A stretch of DNA of 63,049 nucleotides, counting the filler, from Albugo candida (lineage: Eukaryota), in the NCBI GenBank assembly GCA_040437565.1. It is 2 parts of 2 records of this genome, joined end to end, with 100 filler letters (N's around TTAATTAATTAA, not from the genome) between each part and the next. Parts side by side here need not be neighbours in the genome. Positions count along the whole stretch, not along the records: positions 31,995 to 63,049 come from JBDOQK010000099.1; 1 more part is not named here. One strand, written 5' to 3'. A program made the position numbers and the translations under genes. The stretch's first letter is position 1, and each line of letters starts with the position of its first letter. The notes under the pieces were generated by a model. That model saw only the letters and a program-made list of their open reading frames with translations, was not told the DNA's origin and searched no databases. Of the stretch, positions 36,448 through 50,300 are shown one piece after another.

Positions 36448-37541
36448 TTGGTTTGGTGTATTCGTTCAAATTGACCAAAATATCAGTTTTCATCAAGAAG
36501 GTATCAATATAAGGATAAATTAGACACATAAAAAACTTATTTCGTTTTATTAGATTTCTATACTATAGCTTAGTTTTATTTACACGTATACTAACTCACT
36601 GGAAGCGTTTATGTTTTCCCAGAAATCATATCAGTTACCCTAACACATGCCAAAGCGTCGCTTTGCCATTTCTATTCCCATATGATATCGCTAGTTTGTG
36701 ATATATCAGTCAATTAAAAAACGCATTTTTGTAAGAACGCTGTGCACGTAATTACACCTTATCAAATTTGTAATGGCTTACATGACAATGTGATCGAATG
36801 CGATCAGGCTTCATTAGTGTCGACTACGATCGTTCCTTGGCAAGATTCAAACTGCTTTCAATTTGAGATATCTTCCGATAACAGCGTAGTATCAATAAAA
36901 TTCATTTCTAGGCTAGGCGATTCTCGTAATGGCTGTTACAGAATCGGAATAAGGCTCAAGGATCAAGTTCAAAAATACTCTTTATGATATTACACTATTA
37001 TGGATAAAATTACTAATCAGAATTTAAGATAATCAGTTTATCAGAAAACCAGAACAGAATAACGGACTAACGGAAAACGAAATTCTAGGTAGCCGAATTA
37101 CAGAGCAACATAGTGACACAGTGAGTAAGTAACTGGGTAATAGCGTAACATAGTAACAAAGTAACAGATTGACAGAATGACAATTTGACATATTAAGATG
37201 TTTTGGCTGCTGCGCTGCTTGGTGATTCCTCGGTATTAGTGGCTTGATGTAAGAAATACTAAACGAATGTCCTCGTGCTGGATATTCTCATAGTCATGGC
37301 GTCCGGAATAGACCAAAATGAAAGCGCGACTGTGATACATAACCAAAGCGTTAAATGATCGTTATCTGTTATTTCTTCTTTATTAGGAACAATAAATTCT
37401 CATAACAATTTGGGCACCATTCTCATTTTTGAAGGCGATAAAAACTTATTAACTTTCCACCATTATAGAGTCAGTTTCAAGCAATAGCCGTGCTTACGCG
37501 TATTAGATACCCGTCACCATTTGACATTTTCAAATGTGCTA

Positions 37542-40082
37542 TGGTGCAAGCCACCTATAGCCTGTAACTTTTGTGGGTCTTACTAAATTCACTGTGCTGC
37601 ACAAATAAATCATCGAACCACGAAAATAGCGCTTTTATCTGATAGATACAGTCTGATGCTTCAAAAAAAGCCTCAATTTTCAAGTTGGATGAGTTTTGGT
37701 TGAGTTATAGGGATCTAAAAGCTTCACTGATTTTCTGGATGCTACTCTTTGGCCCACATCAGTAGGGCCTTTCGTATCTTCTGAACAAAAATAGAAGCGT
37801 AATATCTAATCATAGATAGTATACCTAGACCTTCATGAAGAAGCTTCTGAAACATAGCTGTCTACTGGAGTTGAGTGTGGAACTTTTCGATGTGATCGGT
37901 ATTTTCTTATCGCATATTCCGCGGCTTTTCTAGTTAGATATTTCGGATAAACATCCATATATTGAAAGCGCTCTCAAGCATGCCGACAGATTGTCTCGAG
38001 CAAAACTGAGGCAAGTTAATCGCAATTTTTTCTTGCCTATCGTTTTGCTTCCCCTCAACGCTCTCAATGAATTTTGATTCGCTATGGGGTTTGGGGTAAA
38101 ATATGATGACATGCCCGCCGCTGTGAATGTCTCTTCCAGAAAATCAGCTTAAGCTTCAAGGTTGGCTAGTTCTGAATCACAATACGGCCGAAGCAACTAC
38201 CTGTGTCACCACATTTATCCCGGCAATCCAGGCAAAGGTCAGTCGTCCAAAGGCTGTGTCCATACAGATCAATCTTCATTCTTTTTGGTTATCCGACAAA
38301 ATGATGATTTGTGGGGAATACCATGTATTGCGCTGTCCCATCTCCAAACGTTCATTTTCAAATCACCTGTTGCTTTCCTCCCGTTAAAAGATCTATCCGT
38401 CGAGATACGAGAGCGTCTTTAGCAAATGCCGCATGGCTAGTCGTATTCTCGAAAACGAAAACACTTATGCATTGGGAGACTGCGCATCGAGAATTGCTAT
38501 CCGACCTTTCTTGTAAAAGTATTCGGCACTCAATCAACACCATAGTTCTTAACAGGATATGTGATTATGGAAGATCACTTTGTTGAAGCTGCCTCTCTTT
38601 GCTCAAGCTAGTCGACTCCCTCAGGTCAGACTGAAAAATTAAACTCTTAATCAAAGTAAAGAGCGGAAGCTCTATCACAATAGACTTTCCAACATCAGTC
38701 AGGAAAGCCCTGGCATGTACGAATCTCCCTTTTTCCGCAGTTGCTGTCTACCATAACGACGTCATATCTTCTTCTGGCCATATAGGGCGGCAAATATGCT
38801 TTTATAATGCATCACTAGGGTGATGGTATCTCCTTCAAGCCAAATCTCCGATCCGTTTCTGGTTCAACAAATTCCAGCATGAATGGCTCATAGCTTCTCA
38901 TTCGGTCCAAAAACGGTACGATATGCCACGACATTTTTCTCGTCCATGGCGATCAACATACATACCTTTCTTCAACTCTGGATACCGTAGGCCGTGTAAC
39001 TCCAACCAGCGGATCGTAGTGCTGAGGTAGATAAATGCAACCGGATCTGTTTTAAGTATTTTCTCGGTGCCATGCTTAGTAAAATCCGTTAGCACAACCC
39101 GCAATTTATTATCTCGCACATAAACATCTATAATGACATCTTCAGACTCTAGTACGCTGATAGTTTTAACGTGTTTCCCTGCTTGCTCTCGAGAATAAAA
39201 ACAGCTTTAATCATATAAACGTCCCCAGACGCGAATCATCTCAGCAAACTAACGCCATTTTGCATCCGCACCCGCGATTATTGCTTGAAGCAACTCTATT
39301 TTTCGTGCACGATATAACGTTGAGTAAAAGAAATGCGGTGGCAAATGTGCAATATAAGTTGAATTTAACCGATGTATATTAAGTTTAAGCCTGAAGTATA
39401 ACGCAGCAGAGGCAAGAAGCAGCCGCATGGCTACTTCTTGAGGTTCATTTCGTTTGTCCAATCACACAAGCACTCTTTGGAGATTGCTGGGAGACTACAT
39501 AGGGATATCATTAATCGAGTCCTCGCTTTCATAATCTGAAGGCTGACGCTGTGCGGGTTCGCCTTGAAAAAATGTCTATCTTTCTTGAACCAACAGCCAC
39601 TTTTTTCTGCGCTGCAAGTCCGTCGCTTGGACCTCTCAAAATTTCCAAGGTACCGAGAAGGCTGTTTGCAAGCAGACACAATCCTCACGATAATGGTGTC
39701 CGTTTGTTCTTCCACAAAATTCTCTAATGCGACTTTCAAATCCACCCCTATAGCGATACTATTGGCGATGCCTGAACTTGAAGTATTTACAGCTTTTTTC
39801 GTCTCAATAGTAGCCCGCATAGCTTCCATGTGACGTTCCTGTTTTGAGGCTCGAGGCATGCTGCTTAGATTAATGGACTAGTAGAAATAAAGGAATTTGA
39901 TTTGCTGTGAAAGGAGCAGGAGGGTTGGTATCAAGATCAAATGTGATTGTGAAAAAATCTGGTGGAATGATGTTGATTGACTTAAATTTACGCCAATTTA
40001 CATACGTTGAGGTTGTATGTTTGATGATTCTTCAATTTGGCCGCAAAAAATAATAGTTACAGGATATAAATGACTTGCACTA
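37542..40082 (-). mobile_element. ITm element copy C, both TIRs, TA TSD, decayed transposase ~37830-39859
   Basis: TA|TGGTGCAAGCCACCTATAGCCTGTAAC and GTTACAGGATATAAATGACTTGCACTA|TA. ORF fragments MPRASKQERH, KKGMYVDRHGRE, FVFENTTSHAAF are collinear with copy B. Confidence 0.88.
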
Positions 40083-40817
40083 TAGTCTAAAAAAATGCTC
40101 CCACACAGTCAACTTAGTGAGTAGAAGTCATGTAGCATAAAATCGGAAGCAATTCTGGTGTTGTTTGAATGGAGAAGACTCAAAATACAAGGTGCAGAAG
40201 AAGATCAATAATAGGAACATGATCCACTTTCACTGCAGGATGGTGTTTTATGAACAGTAATCGATTTTTGGATGTCGTGGATCAGATTTTCGAAAGTTTT
40301 ACCACTGCATTGTATCGCTATTTTATTATGTATCTTACGTAGAATTAGTACTATAGCCACCATATCGAGCATTAATCTTAGTTTACACCATTTAGCCACT
40401 CCGAGGTGTTCTCCCTGTGGCAATAGTCGCACCCTTTACACAATACATTAATATTATTACCCATCAGGCGGTGCATTCTTGACTAGACATGTTAGACTAG
40501 ACACGTTAGTCAGACAACTTTTAGCGTTTAACGTTCTCACTTATCATACTGTCATTATATTCGTGAATGCTTAACACGTTGAATAGATTGAATTTTGCGA
40601 TCTCGTTTGGCATTAAGGGTACCAAGGATGACTCTAGAGTATCGGAGTATCCATCGAGTTTTTTGTATTTATGCATGGAAAATAAGAAGAAAAGAAGATC
40701 AGCCAAATACGCATAGAAGCGAGCAGCCACAAAAATCATACAAGGTATCGATGCAAGAAAGCAGAGCAATATTGAAACATTATCTCAAGTCCTTCGAACG
40801 TATGACAAACTAGTACA

Positions 40818-43513
40818 GGTTATTGATATTTCGACAACTTTTTTTGATATCCCGAAAGCTTTTTTGATACCCCGACAACTTTTTTTTAATTACAGCATGT
40901 CTGCTTAAATCATTACGCTCACAACTATTTCTTTCTTACTAAAGTCATAAGCAATTTTACATCTCTAACTAGTTACATCCATACACACTCTAAAGTGTTG
41001 CTCCAACAACTTCAATCGAGACTTATTTGTGATTGGCTAATACATACGACAAACAATTTCCATTTGACACATATTTCTATTTCTATACGCTGCCCACCAG
41101 ATAAAAAATATGCTTCTCCACCAGCACACCAAACCACCAACACATTTGGAGAGCTCTATAAAGCTGTACAAGACTTTTCCTTCATTGAAGGCTATGCGTT
41201 GGCTATAAAGAGCGCTACCAAAAATCTGTGATACTACATAGAGTGCGACTTATGAAATACATACTATACAAGGTAAGATTGGAGCACAAAATCTCAACTC
41301 TACTGATACAAACTGAGACAGGACAAAACTCAATCAGGATGATCGACAGCGCCAACCTGCCACCAAGTTAATTGACTGCCCGTTTTTTCTCTACGCTACA
41401 ATATTTAAACGTGATTCAGAATGAAAATTGCCTGTGAAAAATGGTCAACCTAACCATGAGAAGTCAAAGATATTGCTGACGATCCAATAGCATGAAGGCT
41501 TACTATTGAGGCGAAAACATCAATCCAGAGATGCCTTCAATCTGGAGCTAGACCTGGCGAAGAGAGAAAAGCTCTAAAACTGCAAGCTTCATTGAATAGA
41601 GCTAGCATGAGGGACATCTACAATAAAAAGGTCAAGTCATCAATTAGCCTCAGAATTCTGTGAGCTTAAAGATGTTCAAAGTTGATGTTATTCTAATTTT
41701 TTCACTTTCCAGGGTAAGATGCAAAATCAGTCCATCAATGGCAGAACACAAATCGCAGCACGACTTAAGGAACTCAAGGAAGACCCTTACATCTCTTTAA
41801 CCCAATGCAGCAATGACAATAATCTGACGCACCATTTTTTTGCCAATTCAAAGTCCATCAAGTTGGTGCGACACTTTCCTTCTGTTTTGTTCTTGAAATG
41901 CACATGCAAGACAAACAAGTATAAAAGGCCCTTGCTCCATGCTGTTGGGTTTACTTGCCTAAATTCAACATTCTCATCATCCTTTACATTTCTTCCGTAG
42001 GGGCATCAGGAGGACTACATATGGGCACTAAACCACATCAAAAGTATCTATAATGGGGTATCATTTCCGAAGGTCATAATCACAGATCGCGAGCTTGCGC
42101 TAGTAAGTGCTGTTCAGGAAGTTTTTCCACTAAGCAAGCATCTCCTTTGTCGTTGGCATATTGAAAAAAATGTGCTGGCATGCGGTAAGGGCAAATTCGG
42201 TACTTCATAGGAACTTGATGATTTTATGAGTGATTGGTCACGTAAGTAATGTTTCTCTTGAACAAACACAGATTTATTAGTATCTAATTACAAGAATCAT
42301 TGTCAAAGTTGCAGAATAGCAGAAATTCTAAAATCTTACCAGCTCATGAGACAGATGAAAATAAAGTATGAATCAAAGCCAAATCTATTGTTGTACTTGG
42401 AAGAGACATGGCTTGTGCACAAGGAGCGATTTTTAACAGCATGGCAAAGTTCTACCCTCACTTCGGTTAGATTAACACATCGCGAGTTGAAGAAGCAAAT
42501 GCCACCATCAAAAGAAGGTAAAAGGTGCCAGCAATGGATATGCGAGATGTAAGAGCAAAGTTAACTAATTGTCTACAACAGCAAGAAAGGGATTTTCGAA
42601 TAGCAGTTGCAGCAACAGAAACGCGAGTTTATCATGATCTGAATGACAGGATATATGATGGTGTAGTGCGTAAGGTGTCTCCCTTCGCTCTGAGAAAAAT
42701 AAAAGATGAAATCAAGGAGGGCTTGGCGGGCAGCAGGGAAGGAGCTTGCACGCATGCTTTCGAAGCAATTTATGGTCTACCCTGCTGTCACTCACTTTCC
42801 AAAAAAACTTTATAATGACCAAACCCCCTTACTATCCGTATTCTACCGACAATAGCACCTTTCTCCAAAAATCACATCAACAGTCTCAGAGTATGCTGAA
42901 GAACATTCAGAGACTGGTATTGTTTAATTTCGAAAAATTATGCAGCAACCTGAGACAACTTTGCAAGGCTTGAACTCCACTGACAAAAAGAAATGAAGGC
43001 TCAAGAACTCCAAATCCCCCTGTACTATAGTTAAGCAGCGAGGAAGACCAGCAGGATCAAAGCAGCATTTTTAGACTGAAGCTTCCATGAAACGAGATCT
43101 GTCAGCATTTGAGCATTAGACACAGGGTAAATGCAGGTGCAGCAATTGCTGGAAAAGCGGCCATACCAAGCGATCTTGCAGAATTCCGGTTACAAACTTA
43201 CATTTTGGACAAGCTTTAGTAAATAATTAGATATTTTTCCTTTGCAGAATTTCTTCATCGTACATTTTATTTTTGGCCGTTAGTGTATAATAACTTTTAC
43301 ATGTTAACGACGCATTATAGCTCAACAAACTGGCAATGAATCTTCTAATAATGGGGAGTGTTTGGCTCAATTGAAGGTATCTATATTACTAGAATTAGCC
43401 TTAGACGTAAATTACTTCTATCAGCTAGAAATGTAAACTTATTTATTTTTCAGAGAAATTGGCGGAGTGATAATTTAAGGAGGCATGACGTAATCTAAAT
43501 TGAAATAAATGTA
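40818..43513 (+). mobile_element. MULE with decayed, apparently intron-containing transposase (~41110-43190)
   Basis: Left terminus GGTTATTGATATTTCGACAAC with three ~21-bp subterminal repeats. Motifs KTNKYKRPLL, IITDRELAL, LLCRWHIEKN, YLEETWL, SWIM YGLPCCH, RGRP, CSNCWKSGHTKRSC. Confidence 0.85.
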
Positions 43514-44332
43514 GGGTAATTGATATCCCGACAACTTTTTTTTTAATCACAGCATTCCTAGTTAAACTATTACTCTCACAACTTCTTATTTCTTGAAAAC
43601 TACATACACAATTTTACATTGCTGACTATTTACATCCATACACACCCTAAATCGTTTGCTCCAATACTTCAGTCGAGATTTATTTGTGATTGGCCAATAG
43701 ACTGATGTTCCGACTGTGGTTGGCTAGCGCATATGGCAATTTTCATTCGACATATTCTACTCTTACTTTTTATAGTAGCGAATGGAACAGGGATAATACC
43801 TTTTCAAGTATGAAGTAATCATTGGCAAGCTGTTCAGAAGCAAAATCCCCTCAGGTAGATGCAAATTGGCAATACCGCGTCAACTGTGAGGAACGCAACT
43901 TTCATAGCTCAGATCCATGACAAGCTCTAGTTGATGGAAAATTTTCCTAGTACATTTTATTTTCGGCGTTGGAACATATTAATTGTTGTCTTTACGACGC
44001 ATTATATCTAAACAAAAAAAACTGGCAATGAGTCCTCTATTAATCATGAGTGTTTAGCTCAGTTGAAGGTATCTATATTACTAGAATTACCCTTAGACGT
44101 AAATGACTTCTATTAGTTAGAAGTGTAAACTTATATGTAGGAGTAACAATTTAAGTAGCCATGACGTAATCTAAATTAAAAATGAATGTAATTTAAAAAA
44201 AAAGTTGTCGTATATCGAAATCATATTCATTGTTACAAAAGGTTGTGGGAGTAATAATTCAAGTAGGCATGATGTAATTAAAATGAAAAATAAAAATGTA
44301 ATTAAAAAACATTTCTCGGGATATCAATACCC
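43514..44332 (+). mobile_element. Non-autonomous derivative of the adjacent MULE
   Basis: GGGTAATTGATATCCCGA...TCGGGATATCAATACCC termini. The interior re-uses both end regions of the 40818 element. Partial TSD TAAATGTA/TTACTGTA. Confidence 0.75.
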
Positions 44333-47300
44333 TTACTGTATTTCATTGGTTGCAAAAGTTAGAAAGGAGCTTTTAAGGCTACGTTATCCGCAAATACGGA
44401 GTATACTGCAATGGACGAACGATTTTTATGACAAACGAGCCATAAAAGCGTCAGCAAAACTATATACAGAGTGATACATTCGTAAAGGGGCGATATCTGA
44501 AGTGCGTTTTTAGGGGTCGGTCTATATGAGACGATGACTCAGTGAATTGGTGATAAATCGATCTATTGACCGAAGTGAATGTAACTGACGTAGACATAGT
44601 ATAGTTTTTGCGTTGTATAGAGATCAATCACCTTCAGGCTTAGTTGTCTTATACTTGAAAGATAAGGGGAATGACCGTGGCGGAAAGAAGAACTTCGACC
44701 TTTATTTTTGTTACAAATCAATATTTTGTATTGGCCTCGATCTTCTCCATTCGTGGGTAAGATCGGTGCATATAAAAGAAAAATTAGCATGACGGACGAC
44801 GATCAGATGCAATGAGTTGGAAGCATTACAAATATGACTTTCTCAGTATCGCTGAGCATAGACGCGCTTTATTACAAAATGTGTTGTCCAACAAAGGGTT
44901 TAATGGGCTATTTCTACTGATAGTGTACCGCTTCATGGCTTTTACAATGAAATTTCTCAAGTTATGAAACGTGAAGATCTCTTTTCTTTGCCAGCCTTCA
45001 TCTCGAAATCCTCGGTTGATAAATTCTTCTCATTCTTCGCAGAATACAACTTTGCACTTGCAAGTTGCTGGAGAAAGACGAATAAGGTAGCATTTGCCGG
45101 TTTCATAGTCCTTCATATCTTGCATTTACTATTGAAATGCGTCGATGCAACAAGTCGACGACATGTATGCGCTATTCTAATATAAGCACACTTTTCTAGA
45201 ATAGCGGTATGAGCAATTGGGTACTGAAAGTGAAAGATAAAAATAGTATTTGTCGGAAATTGGCAAAATGTGACGAAGGCGTCATGTCCATGATTAACAT
45301 TGACCATTTCAAGCTTCGACGAAGAGGTAAGAAAGGCTCAACTAAAGTTTGTTACTTTCACCAACCTCCAATCGTCACGTCACTAGTACTCGTGCGTCAG
45401 GTAAATATATTCCTATCAGCACACAGCACACGGCACGATGAAGTATTACACTCTAACCGAGCTACCAGAATAGTATTAGCTTTTACGACGCGTTTAACGC
45501 TTTGAACCCGGACAAGCGACAGAATGATTTTTGCACGGTCGAATGAAGTGAGTAGACGGAACATTACCACACCGATGCATTATTCTTGCAACGATTTGAG
45601 AAGGCTACACGACTTCAAGACGAACAATTCTGAATCAGTAGCTATGATCATGACTCTTCAAACAATCGGTTATATCCGCCGTGTGATCATCATTTAAGAT
45701 TGCTGTACGAGTTTTTTGCTTATAGATCTCTATGACTCGAGCCATTGAAAGGCTCCACTAAGATCTGCAGCATATTCATCTCACGATACTTAATTACAGT
45801 TTGAAGGGGCTAGCCACTGACCCTCCAAGTGCCTTCACTAAATCCTCCAGCGGAATACCGCACCTTTAAATGCGATGTGAGCTTCAACTTACCGATCGCT
45901 GACCTTGACCGAGACTTTTTAATGTTTGTTTTACCATTTGAAAAAGAATTCTAAATAATGAAGGCGACCCTTGCTCAGCAGTTTTAGTCCAGTTTTTTCT
46001 CATGCGCACGGTATGCAGATGGACAATTGCATTGAACATTGAATTCGCAGAGAACCCTGTTGGAATAATGAAATATCATGGGCGTGAGAACGAGCCACTA
46101 TGCAGCAATTTACTCTTCAAAAATAAGGGCTGACCTTCCCTAACAAACGTGCTTTGCTGCAGCTGACCGACAAATTGAGCATATAAGTGCAATGCGATTG
46201 CAGCGCAAATCAAGGCAAACATCAGCTATAAATGCTTGTGACAACGCGATGCGGACATTGGGCGAGTTTACTAGAAATCGTAGACATACGTTCGAAGGCA
46301 CTGAGTTCGTTGATTTGTCTCATTGAGAAATTGCTGAGAGGATACAGAAATGGACCTTGAGCACATTTCTTTTCTTTATAGTATTCAAATTTCCATATCA
46401 AATATATGTAGGGACCAATGCGTAAAGTACTCTCCCAAGTTGGGATAGCTGGGGCGAACATCGTGGAACAAGCTCACTAGATATATACGCAGAGTGATAT
46501 GACCACGTTGCAGTCTGATAGAAATTGAGCTTCAGTGATTTTCTGCATGTGTGATCACCACTCATATGCAAACGTGTAGCTCATTTTGACTTCACACAGC
46601 GAGCTCAGAATTACGAAAAAAACTCACTCACAGCTAAATAAAGTGTTGACTCATGAGGCGTTTAACACGGCAACACTGGCTAGAAAACTCTGTCACAGCA
46701 CTTTGGCAATGCCATTCGCATAAAATAGCCATTGGTTTACACTGCCAAAGTGATACCAGATATAATTCGAATGTGTTACCTCCGTAAATATATTGGCACA
46801 TCTTTGAAAAAGCACAGAGCAACAAATCGTTGCATATTGAAGCATCCCAATGTGCTATCGAAACTTCATTACAGCAATATGCAACCACAGGAGTTCACGC
46901 AACCCAGTGTCGTAGTCTATACTCTAATTCTATCGATTTAAAATTGTAGACCAGTTCAAAATTGTCAAGAAATTCAGCCCGCTTCAAGTTGATGTGCAAA
47001 GAAAGAATGCGCGTTACTCCCATCTATCCGTTCGGAAGCTTCCTTCATTATGTACGGCTACATACATATCTCTTCACAGTTTGAATACTGTATTTTCTCA
47101 AAAAATGTTTAACTTCGAGGATGTGACGGGCGGTATTTATTTTGTAACTTCTTTTCTCACTTCGATTTTGGTCCAAAAAGCCCGCTAACATGCAAATTCA
47201 TTCATGTAAACCACTTTTATTCGATAATATATCCTATTAGCTAATGCACATGCGGGTATCGCCAATTTTTGAGTCCTGATTATAATTAATTCGTTTTTCA

Positions 47301-50300
47301 ATCACACTGAATTTGTGGTATTCAAAACATATCACTCAGCTGTGATATAGAAGCCACATTCGAATTCTTCTAGACTTTAATAGATCATCAGACACTTATC
47401 GGCTCCAGTACATCCCAAAAGCCAAGTAAGCGACGCGGATACTATAAAAAGATATGATCCGACCCTGCGCTATATTCAACTAACCACAAAAGCTAAATGC
47501 AAGCTGACCTCGGTTCGTTATGAAAGAAGTCATGTAATTACCTCGGATAAATGTCGTATACAGATGAGACAATTATATCCCTTGAAGTCGTAAGTCCCGA
47601 CGAAGGTAAGGGTATCATTGATGCTTGACCAATTTATTTGGCCATTTTGGTTATCCTTTCCACTTATAGTTCTCTTAGTGTCCGACAATACGGCACCAGA
47701 GCCCTGTACAACATCGAACCGCCATTCGGCAAAATCTGCGCGTTTGTTGCAGTCAACTGGATAACATAATTTTTTTTGCGAGCGAGCGGGAAGAAAACTC
47801 TCGGGTTCAATTTTCGAAGACTTCTATTCGCTGTTGCAGAAGTACGTTGCTCTTGCGTTTTTACCATAAAACCATCATAAATAATAAGCGACCGGTTCCC
47901 AGATTCACAACCTATACAGACCCATGCAAAAAAAAATGGATTTCTAGTCCTAGATTTCACCGTACAGTCAACGATCGCTCGATCCGCTAAATCCAGAACG
48001 TGAAATTTTATCGATACGTACGTCATCATAAATGTTATGAAACCTTCTAAGAGTATCGCCTGGTTGGGACCTTCTAGTCGTCAATATTCACCAACGATGT
48101 GGAAATGACACATTTCAGCTCTTATTCATGTGCAAATATAGTAAATGCTGTGACCAATTATATCCTCAAAATTGGTGCACAAACTCATATATATATATAT
48201 CCTGAATAGGGCAAGTTGTGAAGAATCTATTGCCAATTCAACACGAATAACATAATAAGAAGAAGTGTCATAACAACATGTCAATGAGAGTCTTCGAATG
48301 GCTTTATACCATGTAAACCGGTGTAAATGTCACAAGAAGGAGCACATCTTAAATCACCTTCAAAAGCGAACGCCGCGCTTCTCTGAGGTTTCCTTGAGCC
48401 GAACCCGTTAGACTATAGAGAAAATTCGCACTCATATCAGGTAATGGAGTGTGATGCTTTTCATTTTTTTTATCCGTATGCGCAAAACCATGACAATGAA
48501 GCGTAGGATCATATGTCACATCAACTTCTCTCTCCAGAACGAGATGCTTAAAGACATCTCTCCTGAGAGAAAGTCATATTCTCCTACAACACACGGCTCA
48601 TTGGAGCATAAATGCTCGTTTTACCTCGCGCAGTCAGGTCGAATTGATGAAAATATTTTGTTTTGATGTATCCTCAAATGCGAAAAACCAAAACTAACAA
48701 TAAAGTGGGGCCGAAATTTCAATTGAAATTTATGGAAATGCTTTACAAAAGACATCAGACGTACATTTGACGCGAGATACTTACAGATCTTGAAGAATCA
48801 TCTAGTATGTAATGCAACTCGTGGAGTTTCGCGGTTCAATTAATTTACCGAGAAACTCCGATGGAAGCCTTGACAAAGTGTCGCGTTCGTCCTCTCACAT
48901 AAACGCATGTACTCTATTGCTTGTTGAACATAGGGAGGCGTTAAACCAAAATTTAGCTTGTAGTAGCTGCTTCACGAAACGCAAGGTAGATCGTTCAGTT
49001 GGTGAAATTGCGCTAAACAAACAAATTCATTCAAATTTTTCAATTTTTGTGCACATCATCGCTTGGCATCCAAATACTGAAAGGATCCCTTCGTGAGATA
49101 AGATGCGATCGTGTGGAGTAAGAAAGATCTCTGCATATACGTAAAGGCGATATATTGAAACTTTTTAGGATGGTGCATTCGAAATGTAGATGCTTACGCA
49201 AGATTGGAAGAGTATAATCGTACATTTCATCATGTATGCAAATAGATATGTAAAATGTAGCTTGGATAGATGATATATGTCAGTGTGTAGCGTATAAAAC
49301 TGAGCGAGTCCGTGTATCTGCTGTTTCATCACTGGTCTTCCATCGCTTGTATATTTGATTTTTCATCAAATAAAACAAGCTGATAACGGTATCAATCATT
49401 TCAGAGATACGAGCTTGTTCAATGAGTATTGTGTTGATACAGCTTTGGCTTTTATGGTCCCTTACCCATTAGCACCCGACTGATTGCTAGGCAAACTGAT
49501 CAAATCCCAAAGTATGTTCGAAAATGCTAGGTACACTTGCATTGCTTCTTATGACATGCTCGGTACGGCCTAAATACGTTTTCCAGCAGGTCGTTCTTTG
49601 ACGGTAATGCTTTATAATTTGCAAGCTAGTCTGTTGGACTCTAAGAACCCGATGATGACGCATGATGATGTTGAAAACACTCACTTACTCGTTGATACAC
49701 CTGGTCATGTAGATTACACATCAATGAAGAGAGAAGAACGATCGAGATCTGATTGCACTATTAAATGTAGGCGTGCAGTGTATAAGTTGTGTCCGGATAT
49801 ATAATAACGGAGTATATAACGCATTCAATTTCGAACAAGGTGGTACCGCTGTATGGATAATAGGAAAAATTCCCAGTGAACAAAGAACTCGCATTTTCTG
49901 GCTCAAGTCGTATCCCTTCAACACATACAAAATTTCCTTACGAGGCCGCTTGAGTTGCAAAGCGCGCTAAGAATAGTCTGTCTAACAGCGCATCGCTGAC
50001 CATCCACTATCGCATCAAGGATTCTGAAAAGTGTTAGTCAGGACAGCATACGCTTAATGCAATAGGCTTACAACGGCTTAAGTACAAGCACATGTTACAC
50101 GGATAAGATTATGTAATGACGCTTCGATCAAAATGCATATTAATTCTCTGCAAAAAAATCGAATACAGCCTTACTACTGTATTATATCGATATATCTTTC
50201 TCCCCTATAACCACGCAAAGGACGCATCAGATTTATACAGGGTGCGAATGCAGCGACTTAAAATCAGTGGATTGTTATCAGAGAGTAATAGTCGTGATGC

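Noticed and set aside
40823..40886. Three ~21-bp direct repeats as a CRISPR-like array
   Set aside because: No spacers, eukaryotic context, and they are subterminal repeats of a MULE TIR.
49685..49718. VDTPGHVDY resembling the translational GTPase G3 motif
   Set aside because: No G1 (GKT) or G4 (NKxD) motif in suitable flanking positions; likely chance.
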